Assembly (NCBI GenBank): GCA_026770705.1
Contig: JANJGN010000023.1
Span: 8,990,001 to 9,054,000, forward strand
Direction: 5' to 3'
DNA length: 64,000 nt
From: Isurus oxyrinchus
Taxonomy: Eukaryota
The notes beneath the pieces are model-generated. The model was given only the letters and a program-made list of their open reading frames with translations. It was not told where the DNA came from and ran no database searches. Within the stretch, counting starts at the first letter, position 1; each line of letters opens with the position of its first letter. The position numbers were made by a program, and so were the translations under genes. Positions 37,548 to 51,100 of the stretch are shown here, one piece after another.

Positions 37548-38033
37548 TTTCATATCTATTGGTCCATACAAAATCAGATAAATGATCCGATGAACATTCA
37601 GCGTGCAATTCATTATGTTGACTATTGCTGCGTGGGGCACATACACAGTCGCTTAAATCGATGCTGGAGAAAGTTAATATCGCTTTGAAAATGCACCATC
37701 ACACCCCCGCGGCCGGCGGGTGAAACTGCCACGCAAAAAAAAAAGTATATGAAAAAAATGAAGATAAATAAAACGCTAAAGCAGCAGTCCTTCAAAAATA
37801 TTTTTTAAAGGAAAATAAACAAGGACATAACATAGGATTTTAGGTGCGATGACATGGATAGTAGCTAAAGTCCCCACTTCTGGTTACTATAGCGTCCGTC
37901 GTTACACTTCGTAAGATGTCCCCCTACCAAAAATAGATTGTAAATAAAACAAATAGACAAACGAGTGGAGAAATCACCTAGCTGTAGCTAACACCCAAAT
38001 CAGCCCTTTGTAGTTGATTTTCGGAATCGACAC

Positions 38034-38186
38034 TAATAAAAGCAAAATGCTGTGGATGCTGGAAATCTGAAATAAAAACAGAAAATGCTGGAAAACCTCA
38101 GCAGGTCTAACAGTATCTGTGGAGAGGGAAACAGATGCTGCCAGATCTACTGAGTTTTTCCCAGCATTTTCTGTTTTTTATTATTG
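38034..38186. mobile_element. Penelope-derived inverted-repeat insertion with 11-bp TSD
   Basis: aataaaaacagaaaatgctggaaaacctcagcaggtct...agatctactgagtttttcccagcattttctgttttttatt; flanked by GGAATCGACAC at 38023-38033 and 38187-38197. Confidence 0.85.
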
Positions 38187-38244
38187 GGAATCGACACAAA
38201 GTGGATTCAAGATGCAAATTAGTTGAGAGGATCATCAGCCTCCA

Positions 38245-38575
38245 CTGTATGTGAGTCTGTATGAGTGTGTGTTTGAGTCTGATGGTGTTTGAGAGCGGTT
38301 GAGAGTGTGTGGGTATGTGTGTGTCTGTGTTTTTGGCTGTGTGTAAATCTGTGTGTGAATGCTTGAGGTGTGCCTGTGTTTGAATATATAGGTAATTAAA
38401 TGGTGTGTGTGAGTTTTTGTGAGTGTAAGTGTGTGTGCGCGCGTGTGTTTGAGTGTGTCTGTGTATGTGTGCGTGTTTGTTTGTAAGCGTGAGAGTGTGT
38501 TTGGGTGTTTGTGTGAGTATGTGTGTTTGAGTGAGTGGCTTTGAGTGTGTGTATGTGTTTGAGTGTATCTGCATG
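38245..38575. repeat. Degenerate (TG)n low-complexity tract
   Basis: About 330 bp of TG-rich repeats; source of the Thr/His-rich ORFs 38107..38610 and 38235..38606. Confidence 0.9.
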
Positions 38576-41500
38576 TATAGAATCTGCAGATGACGCTCTT
38601 GGTCATCCACGTGACTGAATTACGTTGAAATACCTTTTATTGCAGTTGGAATCAGATGTACAGTTTGACCCACCAACCGACTGACTTACTGACTGACTGA
38701 CTGTGCTGCTGCATTTACCGGTACCGGCGGGGAGGTGCATCCTGCTATTTACCTGTATTGTGGGCGTTGGTTGAATTAAGCTTGTAACCGGGCAAAGAAA
38801 AGAATGATTCCATCAGCTCTGCTAAAACCACACTCTAGAGTTTAATAAATGATACATTTCTCCGGTAGTTCATTTGAAAACCGATTGTCTCCGGAATTGG
38901 GGAGGGGGTCAGCCAGGAAACTGTTATCCTCAAAAAAAGTCAGTTGCAACACAGCATGATCCAGAGGTTGGAAGAAACAGCTGTTGACGGAGATGTGAAA
39001 TAAACAAAACAGTCTGTGTTTGTCTTGTTTTTGGTTAACTCCTGCAGATTGAAAGTAATTGACAAGCATTGCTCGATTATTTTAAGGGCAGTGATTTATC
39101 TGATGGAAGTTACCAAACAGAAGGACTCTCCCGGGATTATAAATTCAGAGGTTTTAGCGGATGCAGATTACATTACAAGTGACATTCCCTTCGCCCTGCT
39201 TCTCCCCACCCACGCACCTCCCCACCGCCCCCGCGCCCACCCCCACCGCCATCTTCCAAGAATGGATCTCAGTAAACACTCGCTATTAGATCTCTGGCCA
39301 GCGGTAGGACATTCAAAGGTTGGAGGTCACAGCGCTTCGACTGCGTGTTCCTGTCAGAGTCAACACACTTCTTTACTTAACTCTCGCGGTGGATTAGATT
39401 TCTCGCCTATGCAACGCTGCAAAACTACTACAAGCAGCAAGGGATCAGCTGCTCTTTCCTGATCATTAAAGCGATCGGACCTGTCGCAAATTTATTGCAG
39501 TAACAAAAACAAACCAAACTCTGTTTCACAAAAAGTTGCACTCCAGCTCAGGGATTGTTTCTTTTAAGCTGGTTGATGTTTATTTACATCAAGGTGCGTT
39601 TCCAGTGAGTACAAATTTTACCAAAAGTCAACCTTTTGGAATCTCTCACCATCACGCAGTAAGCTAATACAAATTCAGTCTATCTCACAGTATTGGCTGG
39701 TTGTTCGTCTTCTTCCCAATAACGCCATTTAAATCTATACATGAAATTGCAACAATATGTCAGCTACATTACATGCACAGTAACAACAATGGTGGCTTCT
39801 ATCTGATATCTTCAATACAAAAGTTTTGCTCCCTAAATTAAGGCAACTTGATTGTCTGAGTCTCTAGTTTCTTTAAATGAAGAGTGGATTGGTGGCTGCT
39901 GCAGCAGCGAGCTGCTGTGCGAATGTGTCATGTATGTCTCCTTTATCGATAAGGCCGCACAGAAACATGCACAGTCAGACCCTGAATCAGAGCATCTCGA
40001 CTCCTCCAAGTAAACCATGTGGGCCTTACGATGGAGTTGATACTAGTCAGGGAAATCATTGCAACAGATTGGGACTTTTAAACAGCTTGCCTTGTTAGAG
40101 GGATGTGTATCACAAATAGTCTTAAAGAAACTCAACCTGGGTCGCTATTACAGATGTCTGTAGAAAGTGTTAACTATGGAGTTCTAAAATCTATGACTTG
40201 TGATGTTCCCCACAGCTGTTCGGGCCTACTACAGTGTTTACAACGGAGATGGGAAGTCCCCCTACGTTTCATTCCTTGTCCTCTATGACCCATGAACTTG
40301 CTTTTCAGTGCAAGGGCAACCCATAGTTCGGAACTGCGCAGCCTGGTGGGATGGTGGGAGTCGCAATAAATTAAAGTTCGACCCGATTTTGCCACTTTCA
40401 AACTATTTTGATAAACTCCAGCTCAATAATTGTTAACCTGTTATTGCGATAATGTTGATAATATATTTGTCGACAACAGTTCACAATTTTTCTTTAAAAG
40501 CACAAGTTATTAGAATAAAATCAATGTCTACATTATGCTTGATACAGGTGGATAAAAGATCAAATGTATATAATTATATGATTGTTTTAAAGTTGAATGT
40601 TTCAGTAATGAACTGCACGAGGCCCAATTTAATCCTATGACCAACCCGCAGAATAATTTGTGTTGCCAATTGTACGGGTTGCCGAACGTGTCAGAAGGTA
40701 GTTGGTTGCCTTTTGACTAGCCTATGTGTGATTTCATTTCGACAATAAAACCCAAGTTTATGTTTCATTCACTTTCACCCAAGCGTCACTGCAACAGCCT
40801 CACAAGCGGCAGATCTTGCTTAAAGGAGAGTGGCGGGAAAGAAATCAGAGAGAGGCCCTTTAAATAATAAACTCAAACACCTACAGAAACAGATCCACGG
40901 TTTAATATGGCAAGCGGTGACACTCCATCAATGTGTGTCATTTACAGTCACTGAAACCAAGAAAGACAAGCGATGGGAGGTGTTATTCTGGGTGTGTTGG
41001 AGAATGAGAAATTCTAGTTGTCAGGAATCCGTTAGCTACATATGACATATTTATTGTCTTTATATGTTTAGCAGATAATTCTGCGTGGCCGCGTTACCTC
41101 CAGTCCGTTAAATGCTGTGTAACTTTAGCTCCAAATCGGTTTTCACTTCTGCAGTTTTCCTTGATTGTCATGATGAGTTATTTATTGTCGGGCAAAAACC
41201 CTGACCGAGGAAGGGCTTCGGTCACCGGTACCGTCCCCACACCCGCTGTCAGGCAAATAATGCGAGTCGGCAGCGCTCAATATTCCAGTAACTCTCAGTT
41301 CAATGCAACAACAGAAACGACACGTTGGTACGATTCACGTGAAACAACACTCACTGAATGTATCGGGTAATTAACAGCAGCGTGGCTACTAGAACAGCAA
41401 TGGTTGGAACCCGGATATACTATACACCAAACACGTGATTTTTGTCAAGATTTTTGTTTTTTTTTAGAGAGCGAAATCACATGGCTTTCGGTAATGGGAG

Positions 41501-42849
41501 ACATCGGGACGTGTCACATAGTAAAAATACAGATCAGACTGTTACTTCCTCCAAAATGCGCACACATCATTAACTCGTTCCTCAACACGTAATATTAGTT
41601 CTCATCATCATCCGGGGGAGGGGTGGGAAAGGTAGGGTGGGGTGGGGTGGTGTGGGGGGGGGCAGTGAGAATAACATCAGCAATTTTCACCTTGCACCCG
41701 ACAACATAGCAACCCCGCCCAGCGTTTCTAAGCAATTTACAGCCGAGTTTGGCGTGTTAGTAATTTCCCTGCCCATGCCCGGTCTGGACTGACAATTCCC
41801 GTAACTTAGACCCGACTCGCCCTCTCTCCTGGTTCATGTGTCAATCGCCGATGAACTATTCTGTGTACTTCTGCCCTGATATGATTTCCATTGCGCGGGG
41901 GGATTAGGTGGGTGGGTGGCTCTGTGTGGAACTGCAGAGAAAGGCGCGTGTTCCTCGTAACGAGACACAAACACGTAAACACAATCACTTACTACAGCCT
42001 CCATCGCAAATCTGAACCCGCGTACCCTCTCTCTGAAAAAATATACATTAAAAACAAACGCATGTGCATGTGGATTCTGAACTCGAAGCCGCACCAGATC
42101 TCCATCCAGTTCCACCTTCCCCTCAAAAATAAATATTCCCCGTTTCAAAAAGATAAAACTATTCTCGTCCTCACTTCACGCCCAGTTTCAGTTTTTAATT
42201 ATAGTTCTCTGCTGTTGTTACAAACTGACTGGGGAAGTGTCACTGCCGAAATCAGACTTTAAAATATATTTATATTTTTTTAAAAAAAACACCGAGGAAA
42301 CTTAACATAACTCGTGTTACCACGCCTGACAAGACCTTCACAAAACATGACATTAACTTCACAAAGCGCAAACTACCACCAGATTAAAATTCAATTTCAT
42401 ACCGTCTCCCAGGTTACAGTTACTGAGTTCACATCTTAATATTTCAATTTTATCTGCAAATTTTCACACAGATACACTCTTGTATTTGGCTTTAAGGTAT
42501 AAGCAAAATTTAAAAGGTGCAAATCTCGGAAAGGTTTACAGTGTCTAAACTACATGCATCAGAGGCGCAAAAAAAAAACAAGCTTTCAGTCCAAAACACA
42601 CAACACGCGCGTTAAAAAGGCGATTCAATATAGTTTCGTTATAACCAGCCGGGGCTAGATCTTTGCAACCGCTTTGCATTTCGACACAGCCTCCTTGTTC
42701 TGTGCGGATCTGTGCCGAACACAAGCTGTTCTGAGTCCTTCACGCACACACACACACACCACAAATAAAAATAAAGGATAAATGAAGCCAGTGTCTCTCT
42801 CTCTCTCTCTCTCTATACTTCCCTCCTCCTTGACCCAGGTATCTAACAA

Positions 42850-43349
42850 GACTGGAAAGATTCAGATCACGGCAGCCGCCGTGACAAACCCGGTTTGTAA
42901 CAGGCGAGAAAGCTTCCCCGACTTGCAAGTATTTCAGGATAGGACCCGGGCGAAATAAGTTCGTAAAACCCCCGGGTTCAGGCGGACCGTCACAGGACTC
43001 TCGCAGTGACAATCTGCACAGTGTGCAGATTGCGATTCTATAAAATCGTGCCGCTGAGACCCGAGATAAAGTTTAAATCGTGGGCAATATTTGGGTGACC
43101 ACATTTTTCTCAACGCACGAGGCTCCCCGACCCGGACGGAGCGCGTTTTCGAAGGCTCTCTTCGGTGATTCGAAAGCAAACCGGAGTCCAAAGTGAGCAA
43201 GGATCAGAAGCTAAGAGTGTGACCTTTCGAGCCGTGCCGGGCTAGTGTGGCTGGGGTTAGAGAAAGCAGCGATTTCTAACTTAATTCGGCGTTGAGAGAG
43301 GAAAAGTGCCCCGGCGTCTGGAAACTCACCACTGTTAAAAAGGGTAGAG

Positions 43350-43385
<36 letters not shown>

Positions 43386-43900
43386 TCGGGCAGGCAGGAG
43401 CGAAGCACTCGGCACAGGGACCCAACTCCAATTCTGCAACAAATGGGAGCACCGAGTGCCGGCTGATCAGCCCGACTGGGAGACGGAGGGAACGCCTGGG
43501 GTCAGCCTGAGCGGCCGGGGCCAGAACGGGCACCGGGGCAACGAAGACAATCGGCAGAAACAATGAAAAGTAGCAGATCGGTGGAATTGAATTCAAGGCA
43601 AGCGGCCATCTTGAAATAGAAACAGCAATAGGGATGTCAACCGATCTCGCACCACTAATTTCGTTCAACTAAAGACATCTGCCGGACCCAGAGCCCGGTC
43701 TCCCAGGCTGGTCGGAAAGTAGAATATTTTTTAAAGCGATCCCTACCTGATCGTCGGCCCCCCGCCGTCTCTCGTGCGACTAATCGAGCGAAGAAACAGT
43801 GTTTGGCTGGAGCTGTTACTACAGACTCCTCACACAAAATGGCTTTTTTTTCAGCTCCTGATCGACCGCCCCGTTTGGTCACGTGGGTTCATTCCTTCAG
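42850..43900 (-). promoter_or_regulatory. CpG island: probable pcgf2 promoter and non-coding first exon(s)
   Basis: Highest GC/CpG density in the window; GC box at 43864-43872, E-box CACGTG at 43880-43885, YY1 motif (minus-strand CAAGATGGCCGC) at 43602-43613; minus-strand donors GTG|GTGAGT (exon end 43330) and CAG|GTAGGG (exon end 43747). Confidence 0.7.
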
Positions 43901-43924
43901 GGTGTCCAGAGGCAGAAATACTGA

Positions 43925-44280
43925 CTGAGAGAAAGACAGAGACAGACACAGGCGGACAGACAAGAGGGACAGACACAGGGGGAGACACAGAGGCAGAGAC
44001 ACAGCGAGCGAGTGGGGAAAGGCTGAGGCCACAGAGACAGAGGGAGACACTCAGAGACGGAGAGAGACCCACAGACACACCCACACATAGACACATACAC
44101 ACACACACACATACACACGCAGAGGGAGAGAAACTGTGAGGGGGGGGGGGAAAGCCTGAGAGAGACAGAGACACAGACTGGAACAGAGGGATCCGAACTG
44201 AGAGAGACACACACAGCGAGCGAAACATTGACTGAAAAAAAGACTGAGGGAGAGACACAGAGAGACAGAGCGGAAGAGGA
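43925..44280. repeat. GA/CA-rich simple-repeat tract
   Basis: (GA)n, (GACA)n and (CA)n runs; source of ORFs 43774..44139, 43851..44258 and 43897..44328. Further (GA)n at 43345-43385 and (CT)n at 42794-42813. Confidence 0.9.
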
Positions 44281-45431
44281 GGGAGGTTGTGGTGGGGAGC
44301 AGTTACCAGCAGTTTTTAAAAGGGTCAAAGATTAAAATGTAACAATTTTAAAAATAGAGCGCATTATATATTACACACCAATACTTAATAAAAAGGAAAA
44401 ATGAGTTAGTTGCTCTTGTATTGTGTGAGTATTATTCACTTCAGCATTACAAGTGGTTTGGGACATGTAGATTATTAATTAGGTCTTTGAATTTAGGGGG
44501 TGGGGGTGTACCTGCTTTTTGTTTTCTGCTCGGTTGAACTATACGCTGCCCTTAACATAGCAAAAATTACAGGCCAGGATTCAACCTAAATTGCAGGTTG
44601 TATTTTTTTTAAACACTGTGGATACATACGGCAGCATTTACAACGCATGGAATTATGAATAATTATAAAAATCTGAATTGCACAGAACCGGCACTGTCTT
44701 CATTTATTGCAGCCACGCTACAATAACTGGGCATTTCATTTCAAAGTTTGCCTGTGAATATTTGTATTAATATTTTATTCCACCTCAGATTGTTTTTTTT
44801 TAAAAATCAACTGCGGGCGGTCCCTTAGCAATATATGAAAGGACATGCAAATGCTCTCAAAGGTAGCTGACCGAATAATACACAACGTGCCGATAAATAA
44901 ACAATTATTTCTGATTTTTAATTTTTGGCTCTGGGGCCGTAGCCCAGACCGATCCAAGCCAATTTCTGGTCGGAAATACTTACGATCGAGTTAGCAGTTT
45001 TACCATGCGGAAGTTGAGAGTTTCAGGACGCCACAAGTCAACTTCTAGTCTACCACTGCCATGTTGTATATTTCTATGATGTATATGGTATTGTGCTTGG
45101 AGAGAGCGCGCGAAAAAGACTCAGCCTGTTCCATGCAAGTTTCATACTTTACACCAAAGGAGATGGGGGGAGGGGAGGGGGGTGCGGGGGGGTGGGTGGG
45201 AGTAGAAAACCTTGCGAAATGTGTTAGCTAGCCCAGGATTCCAAAAAATCATGGAATGATTAAACCTATGAAATCCACACCGCAGTGAGCCGGTCTCAGG
45301 TCCCAGACTCCTTGTATTCTGCATTCATTCCCTCGTAGTTATAGCATTTCGCCTCCTGGTTCCACCGCAACCTCAACTTGACGCGTTCGGCTCCCCATCC
45401 CCCACGCTGACCCCCTCACCAGCCCAAACCC

Positions 45432-45447
45432 GCACCCCCTGGCGGAA
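45432..45447 (-). promoter_or_regulatory. CTCF-like motif
   Basis: Minus strand ttCCGCCAGGGGGTGC, one mismatch from the CTCF core; motif match only. Confidence 0.35.
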
Positions 45448-46199
45448 CCAAAAATTCATCTGCTTTCTGTGGTGCTCCGGGGGGTTGGGGGCAGGCGGGG
45501 GGGAGAAGGGGACGGAGGGGGTGGGGTGGGAGAGGGAGGCGGTATGATTTTAAATTTGCGCCGGGGATTGAAATCCTCAAGCGAACAAGGGGAGATCCAT
45601 GTGCATTAACTGATGTGCGACACATGAAACGCGAACATCAGTACTGAGTGCTCAAAACTCACACATTCCCGATTGAAAATAAAGCCGGGATTATGTGCCT
45701 TCCAGAAACGGGACGGCTTTTAGATTTAAAAATAAATTATTTCTTCTGGCGCACAAATTCGGCTTGAAACCGTGGAAACTGAAAGTGTTCGAATGGTGCA
45801 AACTTCACTGGACATTGATCCCATTGTAAAGTCTTCAGCAATATGTGCCTCTCAATCCGTAAGCTTCTCTGGGCCCGGGGATACGGTGGTTGGGTTCATC
45901 GGCACAGTTTCATCTGGCTGAGGTTAGTTCAGATTCTTTCGGCGTGTATTTTTTTTCAGACAAAGATTAAGTGAATGCTGGGCGAAGTATCTTCAGTTCC
46001 CCCTTCCAAAACCGCCAGGAAGGCGTTTAAATTTCATCGCCCTCGCTCAGATCAAACAGGATCAAGGCAACTAAGAAAGGGTTAGCATCTTTATCGCTTA
46101 TACTTGACACGGGTTCAATAGGTCCTTGGCACGTTGTTCAGATATCAAATTGATCCTCGATATCTCCAAATTCATTAGAGTTAAAAAACCAACACCGGC

Positions 46200-46398
46200 G
46201 GAGGTGGAATCTGAATTGAGAAACACAAAAAGCTGGGAATAGTCAGCGGATCAGTCAGCCCCTGCAAGTGAAAGATGGGTAAATGTTTGGGAGTTGCTTG
46301 ATTAGAAGTTCCACAGCTCTTCCCCTGGTAACTTTCACCTATCTATCCCTTTCAGATGCTGGGCGACCCGCTGCGCAGCCCCAGTGTTTTCTGTCGAT
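46200..46398. mobile_element. Old Penelope-like inverted pair
   Basis: acacaaaaagctgggaatagtcagcggatcagtcagc... and ...cagatgctgggcgacccgctgcgcagccccagtgttttctgt form a degenerate inverted repeat related to the 38034 copy. Confidence 0.5.
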
Positions 46399-47149
46399 AA
46401 ATGAGCCGGTTGACTTTCACTAACAAGGGAGGACCAAAGCGGGCACTCTGTGACATAACCTTCGAGTCTTTTAATTATGCATTTTAGTAACTACACGATG
46501 CTTCAGAAAAGTGCCCGTCCCTCCTTTGTGTCAAAATAAGTGACAACCATGAAAACCGCTTCTCCTTAATTATTCCACATTAGCAAACAGCTTAATTTAA
46601 ATATAAATTTCACACTTTAATTTCAGAATTCTGCTGGTTAATGGTCCCCGGTGCAAGTCATTCCTAATGTACAGCAGGCGGTGATTCCTCGATTCTGAAT
46701 TTGGCTTTGACCGTCTGGTGGTGCGGAGATGCGCCGAGGGATTAAATGAATGGGTAGCTCGGTACAAAGTGGGTATTCCAGCATTAGACATGAAGGAAAA
46801 CAAAATGGTGCTTCCAAGTTCACTGCTCTTTCCTTCCTTTGTCTCCCACGCGAAATATTTATGTTCCTACTTTAGCTTTTCCCGCATCTGCATCCTTACT
46901 GGTAGAGAGAACTGGTGATGTAATTGTGGGTGAGGTCATGGGAGTAAATACTTCACGAAGTTGAAAACCAAGAACAATTAACCCAACATCCTCCAGTTAG
47001 CGGTAAGCCAAATGGATCATCACGGAACAAGTTCAACTGGCAACTGTCGTTTAACCTCGACTAACTTGTGACGACATAACCTTCAAAGCAAATCCAGGTT
47101 AAAATTCATCATTCAACCAACCTCAGTAAAAAAAAGATTCTTTGCTCAT

Positions 47150-47285
47150 GATCACATTGATTTGCTACATTAGGGTTCCTACATTACAACAGTGACTACG
47201 CTTTAGATTGCTTTTCATTGGCTGAAAGCGCTTTGAGACGTCCTGAGGCTGTGAGGGGCACTATATAAACGCAAATTATTTCCTT
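47150..47285 (+). mobile_element. Deu-domain SINE 3' tail
   Basis: ttcctacattacaacagtgactacg...ttcattggctgaaagcgctttgagacgtcctgagg...gcactatataaacgcaa. Confidence 0.8.
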
Positions 47286-47710
47286 GAGATAAAAATAAAT
47301 CACCCATTGAAATTTGCCTGTTTGTGTCTTGAGGTGTATGAGTATGATTAATTGACAATTATAGTTACCGTATGCGCCACGTGCATTGAATGATTGGCGA
47401 GCCGTAGATTATGTAGTTCCACTGTCCCAGAACTTCCTCCATCAGAAGGTGCTATGACCGGTGACCTGGGCAATACTCATTCGCTCACGGAAACTTCGGC
47501 AGCCTCAACTACAATGCAAAAAAAATACAAACACCCCAGCTTAATAAGTATCGCATATTATCATCACACCCTTGTAGCTTCCAACCCTACCTGTTTCCTC
47601 CCAAGTTCCCTCTTGTTCTTTCTAATGTTGGGATCAAAAATCACCAAGTTGTTTCCTAGTCTAAACTCAATCTTTCCAGAGCTTCGGGGTTCTTCCTGTA
47701 ATGTTGTTTC

Positions 47711-48190
47711 ATCCCTTCGCGGGATGTGGGCATCGCTGGGAAGGCCAGCATGTATTGTCCATCCCAAATTGCCCTTTGGAAGGTGGTGATAAGCTGCCTT
47801 CTTGAACTGCAGTCCCTGTGGTGTAGGTACACCCACAGTGCTGTTGGGGAGGGAATTCCAGCATTTGGATCCAGAGACAGTGAAGGAACGGTGATATATT
47901 TCCATTTCAGAGGGCAGTTAAGAGTCAACCACATTGCTGTGGATCTGCAGTCTGCTGTAAGCCTGACCAGGTAAGATTGGCAGATTTCCTTTCCTAAACG
48001 GACAGTCGTGGCCCAGGTGTTTTTTTAAACTACAATCTGATAGTCACTTGGTCTCTAATGCTATCTTTGTTTTATTCCAGATGTACTTATTATCTGAATT
48101 TAAATTTAAATTGGTGGGATTTGAAATCATTATTAAAACGAGGGCCCTCGATCACTATCCAAAAACATAATCACTATGCTACCATCTCCC
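47711..48190 (-). mobile_element. tRNA-derived SINE (family of 12920) fused to about 190 nt of CR1-group LINE 3' end
   Basis: 47905-48190 is homologous to the 12920 SINE body; 47711-47905 is homologous to 6595-6785. Confidence 0.8.
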
Positions 48191-51100
48191 CATAACCTTC
48201 AACATTGTAAAATAAAAGCTTGCCATTACCTATGATTAATTCATGATTTAATTCTGCTTAAATTTTCGAGAGTATTTGTCTTTGATTGGTCCTGATTTTT
48301 TGTCCTTAGTTTTTATTTTGCCTCTTTTAGGGCATCACCGGGCTGCCGAATGGAGTGTTTGAAGAGAGGGAGGGGAGAGGAGGAGGAGAGAGCAAGTGTT
48401 TAGTCATGGTATTCTAGTCATCATGGAATGGAACAAGCTTGATTGATCAGAAGGCCATTTCCTGCCCTTCCATTTCATGTGTTTGTATGTACCAACACAC
48501 TTCAAATTTGGTTCTCAATGAAACATATGTGTCTACTTTACTTGCTAAATCCGAGCTAAATGTATCACAAAAATAAAATTACATAGTTACTGGTTTCAAG
48601 CTAGGAAAACATGGTCCTGGTTCACCAATCGGCTTTTGCAACTTTAGGTTGAACTTTGTGGTCCAAAACCTAGAAGGTAAAAAGTCATTGGATTGAAGTG
48701 TGTTGAAACCACGTCATTTACACAGAAGAGGCATTTTAAATTAATAGTTTTCAATCTTTCTGCTTGCAACGCCATTTCTCGGAAATCTTCAAATGGAGAT
48801 CTTCCTTGTTTCACTCTACGTTTCTCGTCGTGTGTTTAACACTTTCTCACATGTATCCATTCAGGTTCCAGTGCCGCCAGTGTTACCTTGATGCATGGAA
48901 CCTTTACCACTCGACCTGCACGCTGATACGATCTGCGGATGCTCCTACTCCAAGTCCTCTGCCAGAAGTGGTCTATTTCTTTTAGAAGGAGGGGGGTCTA
49001 TAGGCAGTAAATGTCACAAATAACAACTTGCAGCCTGCGCGTTTGTAAATACAGTTTGCAGGTAGGGCCCTTATAGGGGCTGCTATATTTTAATTTTATT
49101 ACAAAGCGAAAGCAGTCCGGTACTCGGCTCGTTATTTTTCTAAAGCACTCAAGAGAAACCTTTCTGAGAATTCCCAGAAAAGAAAGGAAGCGAACGTTCC
49201 TGCATGTCAAAATAACTGTTATTGTGGGCAATTGAGAAAAAAATTGCGTTCTGTAAGAGGAGGGAGTTTTGTGATAAATGAGGACATTATGAAGGGTTTA
49301 AAGTAGCCGGTAAGAGATTTTTTAAAAAAGAAAGATAGCACCTTCGTCTGGCCCCTCAGGCGCAGGCACGGACAGTTCGAATCATTGCGACGACATGCTT
49401 TACTTTAGAGGGGAAAGGAGGGATGCCGGTAAATTTCAACAGAGCTTCCGCCATTTTCTATTGACTTTCAATGTGGGATATGTCATATTATGGCTGGAAG
49501 GATAACGTTAATGCAGCAGCCATGAGACCACACCTTTACAGCGTTCAACCGGCTGAGCCCGCCACTGTCAATCAGCAACGTTGATTGGTCGAATTGAAGC
49601 ATGGGAACCAAAATTTAAAAGGAATGATTTTCTTTGTTAACAAGCAAAAAGCCATCTTTATATTTCACTCTTTTTAAATCTTCCACGGTTCCTTTTGTTA
49701 TTTGATTACTTGTAATGTAAAACATAAACCCAACCCTGCTAGCACACACACATTAACATAGCGCCTATTTTAAGCTTCTGTAAGCTGTGAGTTCCAAGTC
49801 AATGGGAACTTTTAGCTCTGCATTATAAGGTTTCATAGACGTTGCATTCCATTGGCCTTCCTTCCAAATGCCAACAAGGATCAAAAACAACATCTTCTGT
49901 TTCATGGGCGCTAGATTTGAGAGGGTTGATAGGTCGGGCGCCTCTAAGATTTTTACCCCATGTGAAATATATCCTTTAAAGAATAAAATGCGTTTTTATT
50001 GGCTTTAGTTACCATCCTTTGAATATTTCTTTCAGACCTTCTGTGATGTTTCGTAAACTTCCCACAAGAATATGCTTCAAATTATCATCACAGCCCGTCC
50101 CAGTTTTCATTGGTGTTTTGGGTGAGAGGAATGTTAATTCAAATGAATATTTTCTCTCCAGACAAGGGCCTGTTCTTTCCTACATACTCTCCAGTATTTG
50201 CTGATCAGGAACAAAGGGGGATCATTTTATTTGCCACCAGTTTTGCAAAGGGCCATTCTTCTCTTTTAAAAAGCGCTGGATCTCGATGCTAATACATGGA
50301 CGGCTATTGGGGGTTGGAATGAAAAAAGAAAGGCCATTTTTTTTGAAAGGGGCCAGGGTGTCACTACTGGCGCATGCCTCTCACAGGGGGACTGTTTTCA
50401 TGACCCCAAGTGCCCCACGAGCAGGCAAATTCCTCCATTGTTAACAGCAGGCATTTAAAGATTCATTCACTCCGGTTTCTCCTGAATTTCAGCCCATCCC
50501 ACCCATTTACATTTACCCCGCATTACCTCCAGCCGATTTGCTATCTGGCACTGTTTCTTCCCCGGTGTATGCTGTTGTACAATGGATTCCCCCCCACCCC
50601 GCCCCCTCCTCTCTCTCAACAGTGGCTGGGATTGAGACTGCTTTGGAGGCAAGTTCCGCCTCTCTCAGTCTGATTTGTCCGCGTTTCAGAAGAGCCGTAG
50701 CTCTGTATGGCTGATCACAGAGCCAGTCTCAGCACTGCGCCCGTCTCCAGAATACTCCAGCGTTAATCGAAAACAAAATTAGAAAGGCGCTCCACCCGTA
50801 TAATGTGAAGCTCTATTTTTTAAACTTTGTCGAGCTATAGAGGAATCCAACAATCAGATTCATTTTGTCCTAAGCTACTGTAAACACATAAGTATTGGAA
50901 TAATGACATTGAAATATATTCCATTCTCACGCCTCGCGTTGCAAATTAAACACTGGCTTGGTTTTCAGGAGGTGGGCTATATAAACTACTGGATATTATT
51001 TATGGAGCACGAGTCTTTGTACTGTAGACGCTATTTATGTGTGTGTTTAGGCAAAAGTGCCAAATGACGCTTCAAGTAAGGTTTCAATAATTTCGGCCGC

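Noticed and set aside
38107-38610. Thr/His-rich ORFs
   Set aside because: Translation of a degenerate (TG)n tract.
43774-44328. 121-143 aa ORFs upstream of the CpG island
   Set aside because: Low-complexity GA/CA repeats; no protein-like composition.
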